Positions 37,685 to 52,444 are shown, counted from the first letter of the stretch. The stretch is 60,677 nucleotides of DNA from Carcharhinus longimanus (GCA_030264375.1 JASCQW010000190.1:94235050-94295726); one strand, 5' to 3'. Program-made: numbers and translations. Notes: generated from the letters alone by a model not told the origin.

Positions 37685-37830
37685 CTTACAATTATCAGGA
37701 GAGCAAATGTCAGCATGTGATCCAAGAAATGCGTAAGTGCTGTCAGATATATGCAAAGACATCTGTTTGTTGTTCAGGCTTTTTGAAAGAAGACAAGAAA
37801 AGACTACAAACATCAACTGATTGCCAATGA
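37685..37830 (+). CDS. CMC4: CMC4 coding exon 2
   Basis: ttttatag acceptor; (A)YNYQESKCQHVIQEMRKCCQIYAKTSVCCSGFLKEDKKRLQTSTDCQ*; twin Cx9C; 67 aa total. Confidence 0.95.
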
Positions 37831-37995
37831 GCGCAAATCCTTTGCTCATGCCTCAGCTTAACAGATTGCCATGTCACATCACTACTGATCACGACGAATT
37901 TGAAAAAGAGGATATAATGATAACAGCGATGACTTTAAATCAGTCAAATGTTAAATCAAATGTACAGAATTACACAAAAATTAATTGAATAATGT

Positions 37996-38001
37996 ATTAA
38001 A
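37996..38001 (+). terminator. Probable CMC4 polyadenylation signal (ATTAAA)
   Basis: ATTAAA ~165 nt after the stop. Confidence 0.4.
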
Positions 38002-38164
38002 GTTTAACCCGTTGTACAATTTTCTGGCCATCAACTCCACATTATTTCTTAAACTACCAATAACTGGTATCACAGTTATTTAATCCTAGAATGTGAATAT
38101 CATTTTGAAACAAGAGCAGCCTAATGATAGAGACTCTGTGTAAGATTTAAACAGAAGGACAGTC

Positions 38165-38750
38165 AGAACCTGGGTGCATGTGTGCAGAAATTGCTGAAGG
38201 CCTGTTGAAAGTAGTGAATGAAACATAAGGGATCCTGGGCTTTATAAATAGAGGTATTAAACAAGAAGATTATGGTCAACCTTTATAAGCCACTGGTTCA
38301 GCCTCAGCCAGAGAATTGTGACCAGTTCTGGGCATTGCACCTTAAGAAAAATGAGAAAGTTTTAGAGTGGGGGTACTCTAAAAGATTTACAAGAATGGTT
38401 CCAAGGATAGATTGAAGTTGGGGCTGTCCTCCTTAGATAGGATTGTGAGGAGATTTGATAGAAATGTTCAAAATCGTGAGGAGTCCGAACAGAATAGATG
38501 GGGAGCTATTGCTCCAATTGGCAGTATTCTCGAGAACCAGAGGATACCAATTTAAGGCAATTGTCAAAGGAAGCAATGACAACATGATGAGAAATCTTTT
38601 TATACAGTCTGGGTTGGACCTGGAATATGGTGGATTTATTTGAATTATTTAAGTACCTAAAGAGAGGTTTTCAGGACTGTAGGGGAAAGAGACTAACTGA
38701 TTAGTTCTTAGAGAGCATAGATGTCGAGAGTCAAATGACTAACCATTCTA
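38165..38750 (+). mobile_element. CR1 LINE 3' fragment
   Basis: LYKPLVQPQ.E.C.QFWA..GDLIEMFKI..SRTRG remnants. Confidence 0.7.
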
Positions 38751-41439
38751 TCTATAATTGATGTAATTTGCTCCTTGTTAATCTATATATCAGAATGTCT
38801 AGGTATTTACTGGCAAAGAGGTACTTGCCTCTTGGCTCCCTCCAGAGGCATTACTGTGCACAGAAAAACAATTTCACCATTCCCCTTATAAGATAGCCAT
38901 CACATACTAATATGAATTTATTACAGCAAGATTTGAAACACATTTACTGATCTCTATCAGGTCACTGAATCCTGCTTAGTAAAAATACTCCTATAGGTAC
39001 AAGGAATTCTCGATAGGTACCTTATTTCCCCCATTTAAGAAATTACCATGATTAGAAGTGTCATGTCTCTTTCCCAAGGTTAACACCCGTTTGATATTTT
39101 AAAGCTTTCCTGGGTTGTCTGCATTTGTTATAGATACAACATAGCAGTTGTATGCCTAAACCCCAACCATACATTATTTAGATGAATCTTAATTCCAGTG
39201 CCAGTCTCTTGTTCCCAACCCATCACACAGAAAATAAACTTTTGTTATGTCACTAGATTTATCCATTTAAATCTGCTGGGCTCAGCATACATGTCATTCT
39301 ACCAATGCAGCCCCTAGCCCAACACGCTGCCAACTTATTATACACAACATAATAATAATGCATGCATAGCAACTTTTAAAAATGTCCAGTTTTCATACAT
39401 TATTATCTGTTTTTGGATATCCAGATTTCAAATGCAGTTCTTGTATTATTAAAATATGTCCTTTAGTGATGACAGAAAACCCAATGAACAGTGACACCAG
39501 TGCAGTTGATGGTATCGTCTCTACGCAAAAGGAATCATCAGTAAGGTGCACTGGATCACTTCCACAATCAACATATAAAATGCATTTCTGTATAACACAT
39601 TCATGAAATGAGAATGGAAGAATTCCATGAACATCTTGATGTATATTCAAGCATTAAATAGGACTTTGTGATGAAGTAAAAGTAACAGAGTTTAGGATTC
39701 TTAGAAATATGGAAGGTCATGTGTCTGATTGACATTGCTACAATTGTGAAAAACCATATCCAAAGCTATATGTGCAAACATGGTCTTAGGTGATACTTTG
39801 TAGAACTAGAGTCCATCTCACAAATGGACCTGTCCCCAAACACGTTTTCTTCTTCAATCTTCCATATATTTTGCCTCCTTCAAAGAATATATGTGGAAGA
39901 TTACTTGGTCCACCTCATCTGTCTAGCTCTTAAAACACTCAGCTTCTTCTTAAATGATTCAAAGTCATTTCCTGCCATTCTTGTATCCAGAAGCCTAATG
40001 CACATGGCATTTACTCTGTTTGAATTTCCTGACAGTAGCCAATAATGCTAGAATCAGAAAATAGATTCTCCTTGCAAAGACATCTGCCTCAGGGCACATT
40101 ATTTCCATCTATTTCATCTCAAAATACATTCCTCCTCATCTTTCCACCGAGGATGAAAGGCCAACGGCACCAAAGACAAATATTGCAAGAATTATGTCAT
40201 GTTTCTCGAGTGGCAGAAATTCATCAGGGTTTCTTCAGATGAACTACCTGTACCACCTAGAAAGACAAGTGCATCATCTTCAAGCCAAACACCAAACACA
40301 CTTATGTGAATGGATGTTCCTCCTTTTCACTTGGTCAAAATCTTGGATTTTACTATAACCCAACAGTATTTTGAGAGTCCTTTCATCATCTTCTGTAACT
40401 TCAAGCATGTCCACCATCACCTTCTTAGGGCAACAAATGCTGACATTGTCAGCCACACCTAAATTCCAAGAATAGATTAAAGCAACTGGAATTCCCCAAG
40501 GATAATTACGCCAGGGATCAAGAGAATATATTCTTGTCTTCCTTCCAAAGAAAATTTAAGAATTGCAGATTTCCAAAATTATCTTATGTAAGACTAGTTT
40601 CCATGCACCTCAGTGCTTCAGTTTACAAAACAAATCTCTAGGCCTGATCAAAGCTTTCCAATATTCACAATGACTAATGTCATAGGTTGGCCAAAGAAAA
40701 TCAGTTTGAATCATAGAAAAGGGCCAGTGAAATGGAGACATTCTGTCCAATTGTAAGGAAGTTGTAAGAGCATTGCTGAAAAAAACATTTTATTGAAGCT
40801 TTTTGTCTTGCAGTCTTCAGGACAGTCACAAGAATATAATGTTAGGGAAATAAGTTTATAGTGTATGAAAAGGGAGTACTGATTTGTTGGCAAGTGGACT
40901 TGGACAGATGCATTGGCATAGCAAATGCACCAGTTAATTGTCACTGACAGTTAACTGCCAAGCATTGTTTGAAAATTTAAACCAGCCAACATGACTCTCG
41001 TCAAAGCACTGCTCTGAGGAATGAAGCAACAAATGGCCATCAATTATCTTGTTTAGCTGAAACAGGCACAATGCATGTACATGTTGTTTCCGTCTGCGAA
41101 AAACAGGACCCTGCATATTAACTTATATAGTTTCTGGTATATGCAAATATGCCACACTGTGACCCCCTCTTACAATCTTAAATTGGTTGTCAGCATAATG
41201 TTTTAGCGCATCACCATTATTTAGCAAATGTTGTCCAATCACAGAATCACATCTAATATTGGACGTGTTTTGAGTTTTGCAAGCACTGGTTAGTTGAGTA
41301 CAGGATGTACCTAGGCCATTGGGAAAGGCAGAAAGGACATGCCGTTAAGATTCACCAGACTTGGGGATTTTCATCCTACACACCCAGCATCGTACTGACA
41401 CAAATTCATAAACCACGTTACTCATGTATCACAGGCTTA

Positions 41440-42665
41440 TCAAGAGTATCCTGAAAGTGATGAATACATCTTAGTGTTGCAAGGCCTAAAAGCCAACCCA
41501 ATCATACACATCAATAAACCTGACAAAAGGATGGGAAAAGTAATTTTTAGCAAACGTGACTGTATCACCAAAATGCATGTCATTCTTAAGGATCCAAATT
41601 TGTATCCATTGGACCTGCTGCTCAATAACGACTGGATTAGCTTGCTCGAAAGTAAGCTAAAATAAAATCAATTTGTTGGACTTGTGCAAGAGCAATAAGT
41701 TGCCATGTGATATATATGACCGGGTTCATCCTTACAGCTCACTGCATCCACATGTGTGTAGGGGCTACCTTAGATACATAAGAGTGATGTCCCTTACACC
41801 CTCTTATCTATGACTGGTTCAGCACAGCATAAATTGGCCAAATGGTTGGGTGAATTTAACAAAGTTTTCCACGTGTACAGTGAGGGATTCCTTCACATTT
41901 GCAGAAACCATACAGGACTTGCATATTGATAGTAATGCTGTGTCCACATGCTCATTTGACATGGTCAGCCTATTTACCAATGCTCTGAGGAAGCCATAAA
42001 TATTTGTGCTGCAGCACTATATCATGGCGATCTAGATGCACCACCAATACATAAATCAGTACTTAGAGCTTATGAACTCAACAGTTCGTGCAGTTGAGTT
42101 CAGCTTTGCCAATACAATTAATGCCCAAATGGATGATGTTGCCATGGGATCCCCCAGACCCAAACAATTTAGCCAGGTTCCATGAGTAACACTCTTCAAA
42201 GGAAGGATACCTAACATCCTACCTCGTGCATATATCCTATATGTGGATGATATATTTGCTATATTTAAATCCATAACAACATATAATAATATCCTTACAT
42301 CGTCTTGCTGGGCTCCATAATTCATTTTTGAAAATGAACAGTCTAATGAACTCTCCTTGGTTTGATGTACTAATTGAGAAATCTACCAGGAGTTTCTCTA
42401 CAATGCTGTACCCCAAGCCTACTTTCACTGATCAATACACAGGTTGGGATTCATACAGTTCCATGTGCTATAAGATTGGTCTTAGGGCTCAAGCCATTTG
42501 CTCACCATGCAAACTTGATGTTGAAATAAGGCACATCAAAGACATCTTGTGAGATAAAAGCTGCATGTCTGCAAACTCATGAATGCACCTTAGGCTGTCA
42601 CTTTCAGCCCTGAAAAGTGCCCAGTCTACCTCAGATTACCCTGGAAGAGCCAGAAATCTCAAAGA
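41440..42665 (+). mobile_element. Decayed Penelope-like element reverse transcriptase
   Basis: KPDK, G-L-P-.-I-H-K, SFDMVSLFTN, VAMGSP, YVDDIF, FDVLIEKS and KPTFT motifs in order, with stops and frameshifts. Confidence 0.8.
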
Positions 42666-45600
42666 CTGGCAGATCACATCAAACAGCATGTCCCTTCCGG
42701 TGTTCACAGTGGGCAAGGTACAGATTGTACCCGACCAATCCTTGCTTGCAAAACTCAAAACAGTGCCCAACATTTGATGTGATTCTGCGGTTGGACATAG
42801 CTAAATAATCCTGTGTGTTAAAAATTACACTGACAACCAATTTATGATCAGCTAAATGGCCACTTTTTGTGCCCCGATCCTTCTCCACAGAAGGGAAGCA
42901 TGACTGCTTTTTTTTATTGTAAAGGCCACACTGTTGCCATACCAGTGATTCACTCCACTTGCTGGCACCTCTGGAATAAGCACTTCTGACATCCAGTGGC
43001 AACTCTATCAGAATATCTTAACATATGATAACCAAAGATTTCATATGGGACTGTTGCAGTAACTTCACAGCTTGATTATTGTCACATTAGGTGACAGATG
43101 GTTAGGCCATGTTGCCATGAGATCTCACTGTAGATTGGGATTAATACAAAAAGCAATGAGATACACAACATTTGGTAAAACTTTATGCAGCACTTTCTCC
43201 ACACCAAGTTATCAGAATAGTGCATTTTTTCAAGAAACAATATAATTAAAGTACAATCATAAACATAATGTAAATAGGAGGCACAACGTGGCAAAATATT
43301 CAGTAAAGCACATATATGTACTAAGCATAAAGTAACTGTGTACACTTTAAAAATAGATCTCTACATACATGAGAATTTAATGCAAATGATCAGTTTCTCA
43401 AATGCATATTAGATTGCAGGCCACAGTACTGCCTTCATCTTGGCACACTTATAAATGCATTTAAATACAGTACACTATTGCAACAACATACATGCCCTTC
43501 AGCTGCATTGTTAAATTTAAATCAGGGACACATATTTGACAACAAAATCTCTAATGCATTAATTTTTTCAGCAAAGAACTAACTGCCTCTAAAAATACTG
43601 CCTTTTGGCTATAAAGACAAGCAAATATGTTTAAAAATGAAAAAAGCTATATTGTCTTTTCACTGAATGAATATAGAATACAGCTGTAGCAGCCGCATCC
43701 TCCAACCTTCCCTTCACATCCTGTTATAGTTATCTGTGAATAAGACAAATTTAACCGGTGGTGACGTAGGAGAGAAAGAAATGACAATTTTCTAATACTA
43801 ATTTGAAAGGCATTAGATTTTGTTTAGAATCAGTGATTGAAGACTAGGACACATTTTGCAATGTTACTGCAATGATCCTTTCCCATAGGTGCATTAATTT
43901 TGAAAGAAAAAGACTCCCCATTTCAGATCATTAACGCAGTGACTAAATAACAAACATCTTCAAAATTGTTAGTATATCTTATTCTCTGGTAGGTCAAGGT
44001 CTTCAACTTAAGAATTGTAATTACAATCAGTAATTTTTGTGTGGTGGACAGAGGCAAGTGCACATATAGCTGTCTTGTGGCCTTGTATCTTAATTTCCTC
44101 AAATTGAAGACACAATTCTCAGACAAGTAATAAATTAGCGACACAATTATCAACGTCCCCATGATAGAACTTACATTTCAATCCAAGTTCTGAGTAGGAT
44201 GGCAAGGGTGGAGGACAAAATCAACCGAGGACATAAAATTAAATGAAAGTGACTACCTAAATTTTTGTTAATTAGTAAATGGAAATTTTAAATATTGGAA
44301 AGTCATTCAGTAAAACAGATATGAAAGATTTAGATTGAAGAGTTATGTTTGGGTCCCATTCTGAATAGTGCAGATAAAAGCTACTATCTGCTTTAAGTGG
44401 ATAACTGGGGATTTTTTTTAAGAACTAAGTCACTAGTTCATCCAAAAATTAGGTATTTAAGTGTAGATTATAGGTCTTATAGGCCTACACCAAAAACACA
44501 AGTTAGTGTCTTATCTTCCGTTTTCATTAGTAGCAAATAGAAATTTGAATTTAGCTCACTTTTAAAAGTTAAAAAATAAACTCACATTTACACCACACTT
44601 TCCATGTTCTCAAGATGCCCCAAACCCTTCACGTTCAATTAAGTACTTTTGAAATATAGTCACTGTTGTCGTCAAACACAACATCCAAATCTGTACACAG
44701 CAAGGTCGTATGGTAGCTAGATAATCTGTTTCAGTGATCCTAGATAAGAGATAAATATAGGTCAGGACACTGGAACTCTCAAACAATCATAGGATCTCTT
44801 ACATCCATCCAAAAAGGAATGGGAGGCCTGAGTATAACATTTCATCAGAAAAACACCACCTCTATTAATGCAGCACTCACTCTGCTACAGTGTCAACCTG
44901 GATTTCATGCTGAAGTGGGATATGAACATATGGCTTTCCAATTCAAAAGCGAGTCTTAACTTTAGAAGTGATAACAACAGTGCAAATATGGAAATGGCAA
45001 GGCATCATAAAACCCAGTACTATAACATGCTTCGAGTACTTTTCCATTTACTGTGACAAGAAGTCTTGAAGTCCCAACATTACAAATCTTTTAATCACTA
45101 CTGCTGAAGCTAAACAAGTTCTAACCCCTAGGTGTACTGCAGCAGTTGAACTATAAACATCAATCTCTAGAAAAGCAGATGTTGATTAAGATTTTGCTTG
45201 TAAGCGACATGATCTGAAAACAACTGTGGCAAAGCTATTAATCAGAATGGAGACATCTAGAAGTGACTTTAAAAGCTAGAATATTATCAAGATGCTCAAA
45301 GGACAAAGCAAAACAAGGAAGTGTTTATAAAAAGTCATCTGAACTCAAGATATTGTGATACCCTTACAATACTCTCAAGAGTCCAATTTCAGAACTCAAA
45401 AATCGCATTGGATTTGTCAATATACCCGTGTCATGCTGCTAATTACAGCATGTGGTGTAATACAAACAAGTGACATAGGTTCCAGTCTTTCTAAAGTGTC
45501 ATTATGCAGTGCCCAGCCTTCATAAACATCTCAACATTTAGAAAATACATACTGTTGGCAATGTGCAGCATATAGCTCAACAAACCTACAAAGATAGGGG

Positions 45601-46037
45601 CAATGTCAGTTCTGAGTTACACATGGTGATAAAATGTGCAAGATGTCATTTATGAAATATCATAATTTTATATTCGGCAGGGGAAGATCACTAGGGTTTG
45701 TGATCATACTATGAAACAAGTTGAAATGTGAATCCCATTCTTCAAACAATGCTACCAACCATTTTAAAGCATTGTACTACAATTTAGATTATGGTTATAA
45801 ACCAGGGTAAAAGCAAATGCTGATAGTCTTCTGAATCACACATTAAGAATATTGAGGCCACAGAGTCAATTCAGTAATACAAATCCCCTCCAGTACAGTA
45901 TACTAGCTTAGCACTGTCTAAGGGGCGCTCATACCCTACATAAAAAGCACATACAATCTATCAATGGTTTCAGGGGCAGGGAGGGAAGTAATAATGGAGT
46001 GTAGTTCTTCAATTTAAGTAAAGTCTTCAACTAATCC

Positions 46038-46115
46038 TCATGAGGCAAGTCCAAGTAGGAATCCACCAACAAAACCCCCAGTGAGGACGATGTTCTTCTT
46101 AACAAACACAGTGAT
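46038..46115 (-). CDS. FUNDC2: FUN14 domain-containing protein, last coding exon
   Basis: acacag acceptor; ITVFVKKNIVLTGGFVGGFLLGLAS*. Confidence 0.88.
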   Translation of the reverse strand: MTVFVKKNIVLTGGFVGGFLLGLAS

Positions 46116-46409
46116 CTGTGTAAGAGAGAATAAAATGATAGAACGGTTAGCATCCAACAGCATCTGCAGAGAACAAAGGACACCCTACGTCATGGAACAA
46201 GGCTGCAAGTTTAAGCTGTTTCTAAAACAGTGATATTTAACAATGCAAATCATAAATGTATCAGATTTACATTGTCTAGAGCTGTAATGAGAACTCACTA
46301 CACACTGCGAAATTTTGTTTTGGCAGCATTTAATCAAGCAAAGCTTAATGATCAAGTTTAATTAACAAAAAAAATCTCTCAAATATCAATAGGTTTAAAG
46401 TAGTTTATG

Positions 46410-48260
46410 AAAGGGACAAGGGACAAAGTGAGGATACTTAACTGGAAGAGAACTAATTTCAGTGAACTAATAAAAGGATCCGACTCAAATGGATTGGAAA
46501 CAAAGATTGATTAGTAAAACATTAACTGGGCCTTGGGAGACCTTCAAAGCAGACATTGTTCAAGTACAGAAGAGACATGAGTAAAAGGAAGATGAGGAGC
46601 AAGGTTTAACTACTAAATGGGTAATTTACTTTTGTCTTTGCAAAATAAGAGGATGCTGGCAAAATCATAGTAAAAGGAGGAGATAGAAAAATTGGAGAGG
46701 ATAAAAATATTTAGAACTCAAAAGTGCAAGTCATTTGATCCAGAATCCTAGGATGGTGAGGGAAGTAAAAGGAGTAATGACAAAGGCTTTTTCCACAGTC
46801 TTTCAATCCTCCTTAGATATGGAAGTGATGTCAGAAGACTGACAACTACAGTCCAGTTAACCCACTTGCCGGCAGTAGAGAAACTTCTAAAGACAGTATT
46901 CACAGAAACCGTCACCCAGAAATACATGGGTTGCTAAATGACAGCCAGTGTGGATTTGATAAGACAATCTGGTCTGATGAATTTGATTAAGTTCTTTGAT
47001 GAAGTAACAGAGGGGACAGTGCTATTAATGTGCATTTGAAATTTCACAAAAGTCTTTGATCAAATACAACATAATTGACTTTTTAGCAAATTTAAAACTC
47101 ATTGGGTCAAAGGAGCTATAGCTGTGTGGATACAAAAGTTTTAAAATTTGTTTATTTGTGTCACAAGTAGGCTTACATTAACACTACAATGAAGTTACTG
47201 TGAAAATCTCCTAGTCACNNNNNNNNNNNNNNNNNNNNNNNNNNNNNNNNNNNNNNNNNNNNNNNNNNNNNNNNNNNNNNNNNNNNNNNNNNNNNNNNNN
47301 NNNNNNNNNNNNNNNNNNGCCCTGACACCAGGGTCAAGTTAGCATGGACAATCAACCTAACCCACACGTCTTTGGACTGTGGGAGGAAACTGGAGCACTG
47401 GGACGAAACCTACGCAGACACGGGGAGAACGTGCAGACTCCACACAGACAGTGACCCAAGCCGGGCATCGAACCCGGGTCCCTGACGCTGTGAGGCAGCA
47501 GTGCTAACCACTGTGCCTCCGTAACACTGTCTTCTCTTTCCTGGCTGCTGGGATCCAAAGTGAAGTGTTTCTGGCAGGTTGAATTTTCACTGCACAGCAC
47601 CTTGGTTGGAATTCTCTGGCCGTTCACACCACGTCACCACTATCAGCGAGGACGGAGAAATTGACACTCAGCCGAATCTCCTGCCACGCTGCTGGGAAAC
47701 CTATGGCAGAGGGTGCGTGGCTGCCGGAATCAGAGAATTCCAGCTGGTAACTTCATTCTGGTGGGGGAGCGACATTTCTCCGAGATGGGACAGCGTGGAG
47801 AGAGTTTTAGACAAGTGACGGTGGTCTAACCGACCGGGGAGCGGTTGGTCCTTGCACTGTCATTTAACTGGAAGCAAAGTTCATTGACAACTCTGCAATG
47901 TCAAGAGAAGCTGAGCAAAGAAGATTAAAAGGGAGAACGGTCTTGATGGAGCAAATAAGGAGAAATAGGTTTGCAGTTGACAGAAGGATTGGGAATCGAG
48001 GACACCGATTTAAAGTAACTTGCAAAGGAACCAGAAATGAGGCGAGAGTTTATTTTATGTAATGAGTTGTTATGGTTGGGAATTTGTTGCATTAATGGTC
48101 TAGCAGTAACTGTGGCCAAATTGGATAACTACCTGGAGAGTAACAATGTTAGGGCAATGGGGAAAAACAAGTGGTTGGAACTAATTGTGAAGCTTAAAGA
48201 ACTGACACAGCGGTGAGGGGCCGAACAGCCTCCATACACGCTATGATTTTGTGATTCTGT
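46410..48260 (+). mobile_element. Fragmented CR1 LINE interrupted by an HE1-like SINE (47143-47521, minus) and a short MITE (47603-47744)
   Basis: CR1 RT remnants (SQCGF..NL.KFFDEVT); MITE TIRs GGTTGGAATTCTCTG / CAGAGAATTCCAGCT. Confidence 0.6.
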
Positions 48261-48354
48261 ATTCTTGAGGAGCATCAAGATCCATAAATATCTTGAGAAA
48301 AATTCTGGGTCTTTGTACAATTTGTGCCTATACATGGACTCGACAAGGAAAGTT

Positions 48355-48870
48355 CTTTAAAATTCATTTATGGGATCTGAGGGTCACTGGCTGGGCCAGC
48401 ATTTATTGCCCATCCCTGGTTGCCCTTCAGGAGGTGTTGGTGAGCTGCCTTCTTGAACTGCTGCAGTCTCTGAGGTGTAGGCACACCCGCAGTGCTGTTA
48501 GAGAGGGAGTTCCAGGACTTTTGACCCAGTGACAGTGAAGGAAGAATTTATTTCCAAGTCCGGATGGTGAGTAGCTTGGAGGGGAACTTGCAGTTGGTGG
48601 TGTTCCCATGTATCTGCTGCTCTTGTCCTTCTAGACAGTGGTGGTGAGGGGTTTAGAAGGTGGTCTCTAAGAAGGCTTGGTGAATTCCTGCAGTGCATCT
48701 TGTAGATTGTACACAATGCTGCTACTGTGCGTCAGTGATGGAGGGAGTGAATGCTTATGGAAAGGGTATCAATCAAGGAGGTCCTGGATGGTGTCGAGCT
48801 TCTTGAGTGTTGTTGGAGCTCCGCCCATCCAGGCAAGTGGAGGGTGTTCCATCACATTCCTGACTTGTCT
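48355..48870 (-). mobile_element. CR1-superfamily LINE 3' end (partial copies near 19600, 31310, 40150, 52180 and 57560)
   Basis: P.AWM....TTLKKLDTIQD..CTIYKMHC.NSP.LL remnants; tail GGGATGGGCAATAAATGCTGG. Confidence 0.7.
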
Positions 48871-49097
48871 TCCACATGGTGGACAGGCGACACTGGGAAG
48901 GTTGAGTGTATTTTTGTGCCAAATCTCTATGCCTTGGAACTGTCTCCCTTGCTACTTCTCTATCCAGCTTCAGAAGCCTCTTCAATCATTTGCCCTATGC
49001 TTTCAGTGATCTCTCTCTATTCTGCTTGGCGTCATGCTCCCAAGGCTTTGGGGTTATTTGTGTGAGAATGCTATGTGTGCAAAATACACCTAAAATT

Positions 49098-49371
49098 TAG
49101 TCATTGGTGCCACAAGTAGGCTTACATTAACACTACAATGAAGTTACTGTGAAAATCTCCTAGTCACTACACCATAGCACTTGTTCGGGTACATAGAGAG
49201 AATTTAGCCAATGCAGCTAACCAACTACTTTTTGGACTGTGGGAGGAAACTGGAGCACCCGGAGGAGATCCATGCAGACACGGGGAGAAAGTGCAGACCC
49301 CACACAGTGACCCAAGCCAGGAATCAAAACCCAGGTTCCTGTGAGGCAGCAGTGCTAACCACTGTGCCACC
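49098..49371 (-). mobile_element. HE1-like V-SINE (second tail type)
   Basis: tRNA head, V-domain and tail. Confidence 0.82.
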
Positions 49372-49489
49372 ATAAAGCACAGTTAGTAGCAGATGGAGGT
49401 TTTTCCAGGCCAGAGCCAAGTAGAGTTATGTTCAGCAATGGGGTTACTGATCTTTTTGTTGTAGATTTCAAAGTTTGTAATTTCAAATT

Positions 49490-50190
49490 AATTTCAAAGT
49501 TTGCAGATGACACAGAAATCTGAAATGTAAACAGCAAGGAAAATGGCTGACTTTAGGAAGTGGAAACTAAAGTCTGACATAGAGGGATCTGCGTATGCAG
49601 GTCCATGGGCCCCTGAAGGTGGCAACAGAGGTGGCTAAGGTGATCAAGAAGGCATACAGCATGCTTGCTTTCATCAGCTGGGGCAGAGTATAAAAGTTGA
49701 CATGTTCTAGCAATATAAAACCTTAGTTAGGCCACATTGACAGTTCTGGCCACCACACCACCAGAAGGACGTAACTGCTTTGGAAAGGGTGCAAAAAATG
49801 TTTATCAGGGCCATGCTTGGTCTGAAGGATTTTAGGTATGAGGAGAGGTTGGATAAACCCAATTGTTTTCACTGTTAAGACAGAGGCTGAGGGATGACCT
49901 GATAGAAGTCTACAAAATTATGAGAGGCATATATAGGATAGAGAGGGGCTTTTTCCCAGGGTAGAACATGCAGCTACAAGGCGGCAGAGGTTTAAGGTGA
50001 CAGGCAGTGAGTTTAAAGGGCAGGATGTGTGGGGAAAGTTTTTCACACAAGGATGGTGGGTGCCTGGAATGCAGTGTCAATGGAGGTGATGGAAGCAGGC
50101 AAGTTAGCAACGTTGAAGGTGTATCTTGACACATGAATGGGAGGCAAAGGGGGGATTGAAACTGCATATCAGCACAGGCTTGGTGTACTT
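49490..50190 (+). mobile_element. CR1 LINE 3' fragment
   Basis: SKFADDT..YKTLVRPH..DDLIEVYKIMRG.. Confidence 0.75.
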
Positions 50191-51321
50191 TGTCCTTTGT
50201 CAAGTGAATGTGAAAGTGTGCAAAATGGACATGTTACTGGAGGACTAGCAATGCATGTGAAATAGATACTGTAGCATGAAATCAGGAAATGTAAATGTCA
50301 CCAATGTCCCAGAGGATCATAGGCTGCTCTTCCCTTTTGAGAAACAGCTGACTGATGGTGATTTAACCTGAAGGTCATCAGTATGATGAAGAAAAAAGGG
50401 GAGAAACCAGGAAGAGAAAAAGGGAGAAACTGAAAAAAAACGTTAAATCGCTACTGTCCTCAATTACTGTGGGAAAGTGTTTTAAAGAATTAGTTGAAGT
50501 TAGTGTTTACTAATTGTCAACATGATGTCAGCAAGTTAAAAAAGGCTATTAGAAATGTATTGGCACATATTGCTCACTATAATACTTATACCTCAACTAT
50601 ACGTGTTCCAGATTTTTTGCATTTAAAATACATTTAATACATTGTAGCAATTTACTCAAATCTTATGGGAAATATGTTCATTGTTGTTTCTGTATTCATA
50701 TTGAAAGCTTCCCCCTCAACACTGATGGTTGACACCACAAATATGGCACCACATTTTCCACAGTTTCTTTTTATATAACTGCTTCTCACATGCAAGAAAA
50801 CATCCAAGTATTTAAATGCGGTGGGACACTAGACAGGAGAAATGTAAAAGGGTCAGGAACTGTTTGAAGGGAGACTGATTGACAGATTAAGAATTTTTTT
50901 AGTAAGCTCAAGAGAAAGGCGAGCTTACAGGGCAAAATGGTCTCAGAAAAGATTATACAATTAAAGCAGCTTAATGTTGAAACAAAACTTAGATATTTTG
51001 ACAGTAATTTTAAAGAAATAACATTGCTCTTACAGAAATAAAATAAACTAGTTGCCCAGCTTTGGTAAAGACACCATTTTGAAATCAGAAATCTAAAAGC
51101 CATTGCTGCTAGGTATGGCACAAAATTACAGCAATCCATAGTGTTTTTCATCTTTATTTAGGAGTCACTTAAACCAAAATTAAAGAATGCAGCTTCATTG
51201 ATAAGGTGAAATTGAAAACAAGTGCCAAGAGAATCAATTGTTTTTAACCACTGACTTTTATTTGCTTACTAAGACTGTGCTGCATTAACAAAAGTATACC
51301 ACTCTGTCATTATCTCCTTAC

Positions 51322-51450
51322 CTCATCAACTGCACCATGTACTTCTGGAGTAACTTTATTCTTGCCCATTTTCAACTGCTTCTTTGCTTTGTTCACATCC
51401 CTCTCCACTCGCTTCCAATCAATAGTGATATATCCGGTGTGATTGGCAAT
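51322..51450 (-). CDS. FUNDC2: FUN14 domain-containing protein, coding exon 4
   Basis: ttacag..gtaagg; IANHTGYITIDWKRVERDVNKAKKQLKMGKNKVTPEVHGAVDE. Confidence 0.88.
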
Positions 51451-51852
51451 CTGTAAAAAAGCTAGAGTATCACCACATCCACCTAATGGGGAGGCTTTAA
51501 CAATCATTAACACCAAACCCTGTGAAAAGTAAAGAATTTCCTAGTGTATAAATGCATTATTTAGTTCTGAATCATGAGAAAAGCTTGCTTTTTGCCATAG
51601 AATATTGTCACTATAGTTTGTCTCTTCCCCCTCTACCAAGTGAAACAAGAACACCTTCTTAGGATGTTGTTTTTCACCATTTCCACAGAAGCAAATGCGG
51701 ACCCTTTTTCATTTGTATTCCGGAAACTGGATTAATTTCTCTGCTCAACAGCATTCAATCTGCTATCTCCTCTTGGGATAGGGAATAACAAACACTATAT
51801 ACAGGTTGATAAACACAGGCATGCTAAATCACAGTGCAACAGGACATTCACG

Positions 51853-52165
51853 GGTGGCACAACGCTTAGCACAGCTGCCTCAGAGCGCCAGGGACCCAGG
51901 TTCAATTCCCGGCTTGGGTTGTTGTACATGTGGGGTTTCCACGTTTTCCCCATGTTTGCGTGGGTTTCCTCTGGGTACTCCGATTTCCTCCCACAGTCCA
52001 AAGATGTGTGGGTTACGTGGATTAGCCATGCTAAATTGCCCCTTAGTTTCAAGGGGCTAGCTAGGGTTAATGAATGGGGTTATGGGGATAGAGCCTGGGT
52101 GGGACTATGGATGGTGCAGATTTGATAGGCTGAATGGCCTCCTTCTGCAATGTAGGATTCTATGA
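51853..52165 (+). mobile_element. HE1-like V-SINE with CR1-type tail
   Basis: Head, V-domain, tail ..GGATTCTATG. Confidence 0.85.
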
Positions 52166-52444
52166 GATCCGGACAAAACCAGCTTTAATTGCCCATGAAC
52201 AACTGCCCTTGAGAAAGTGGTAGTGAAGGTGCTCCCACAATGATATTGGGTAGGGAGTTCCAGGATTTTGACTGAGCAGTGATGAAGAAAAACAATTTTT
52301 TTCCAAGTCAGGATAGTATGTGACTTGGAGGAGAACTTGTAGGTGGCAGTGTTCCAGTGCTCCCACAGTGTAGGTGGTAGTGTTTGCAGAGCTGGAAGGT
52401 CACTAATGAAGCAGCTGAGAATTAATTGAGCCTATGACACTGCC

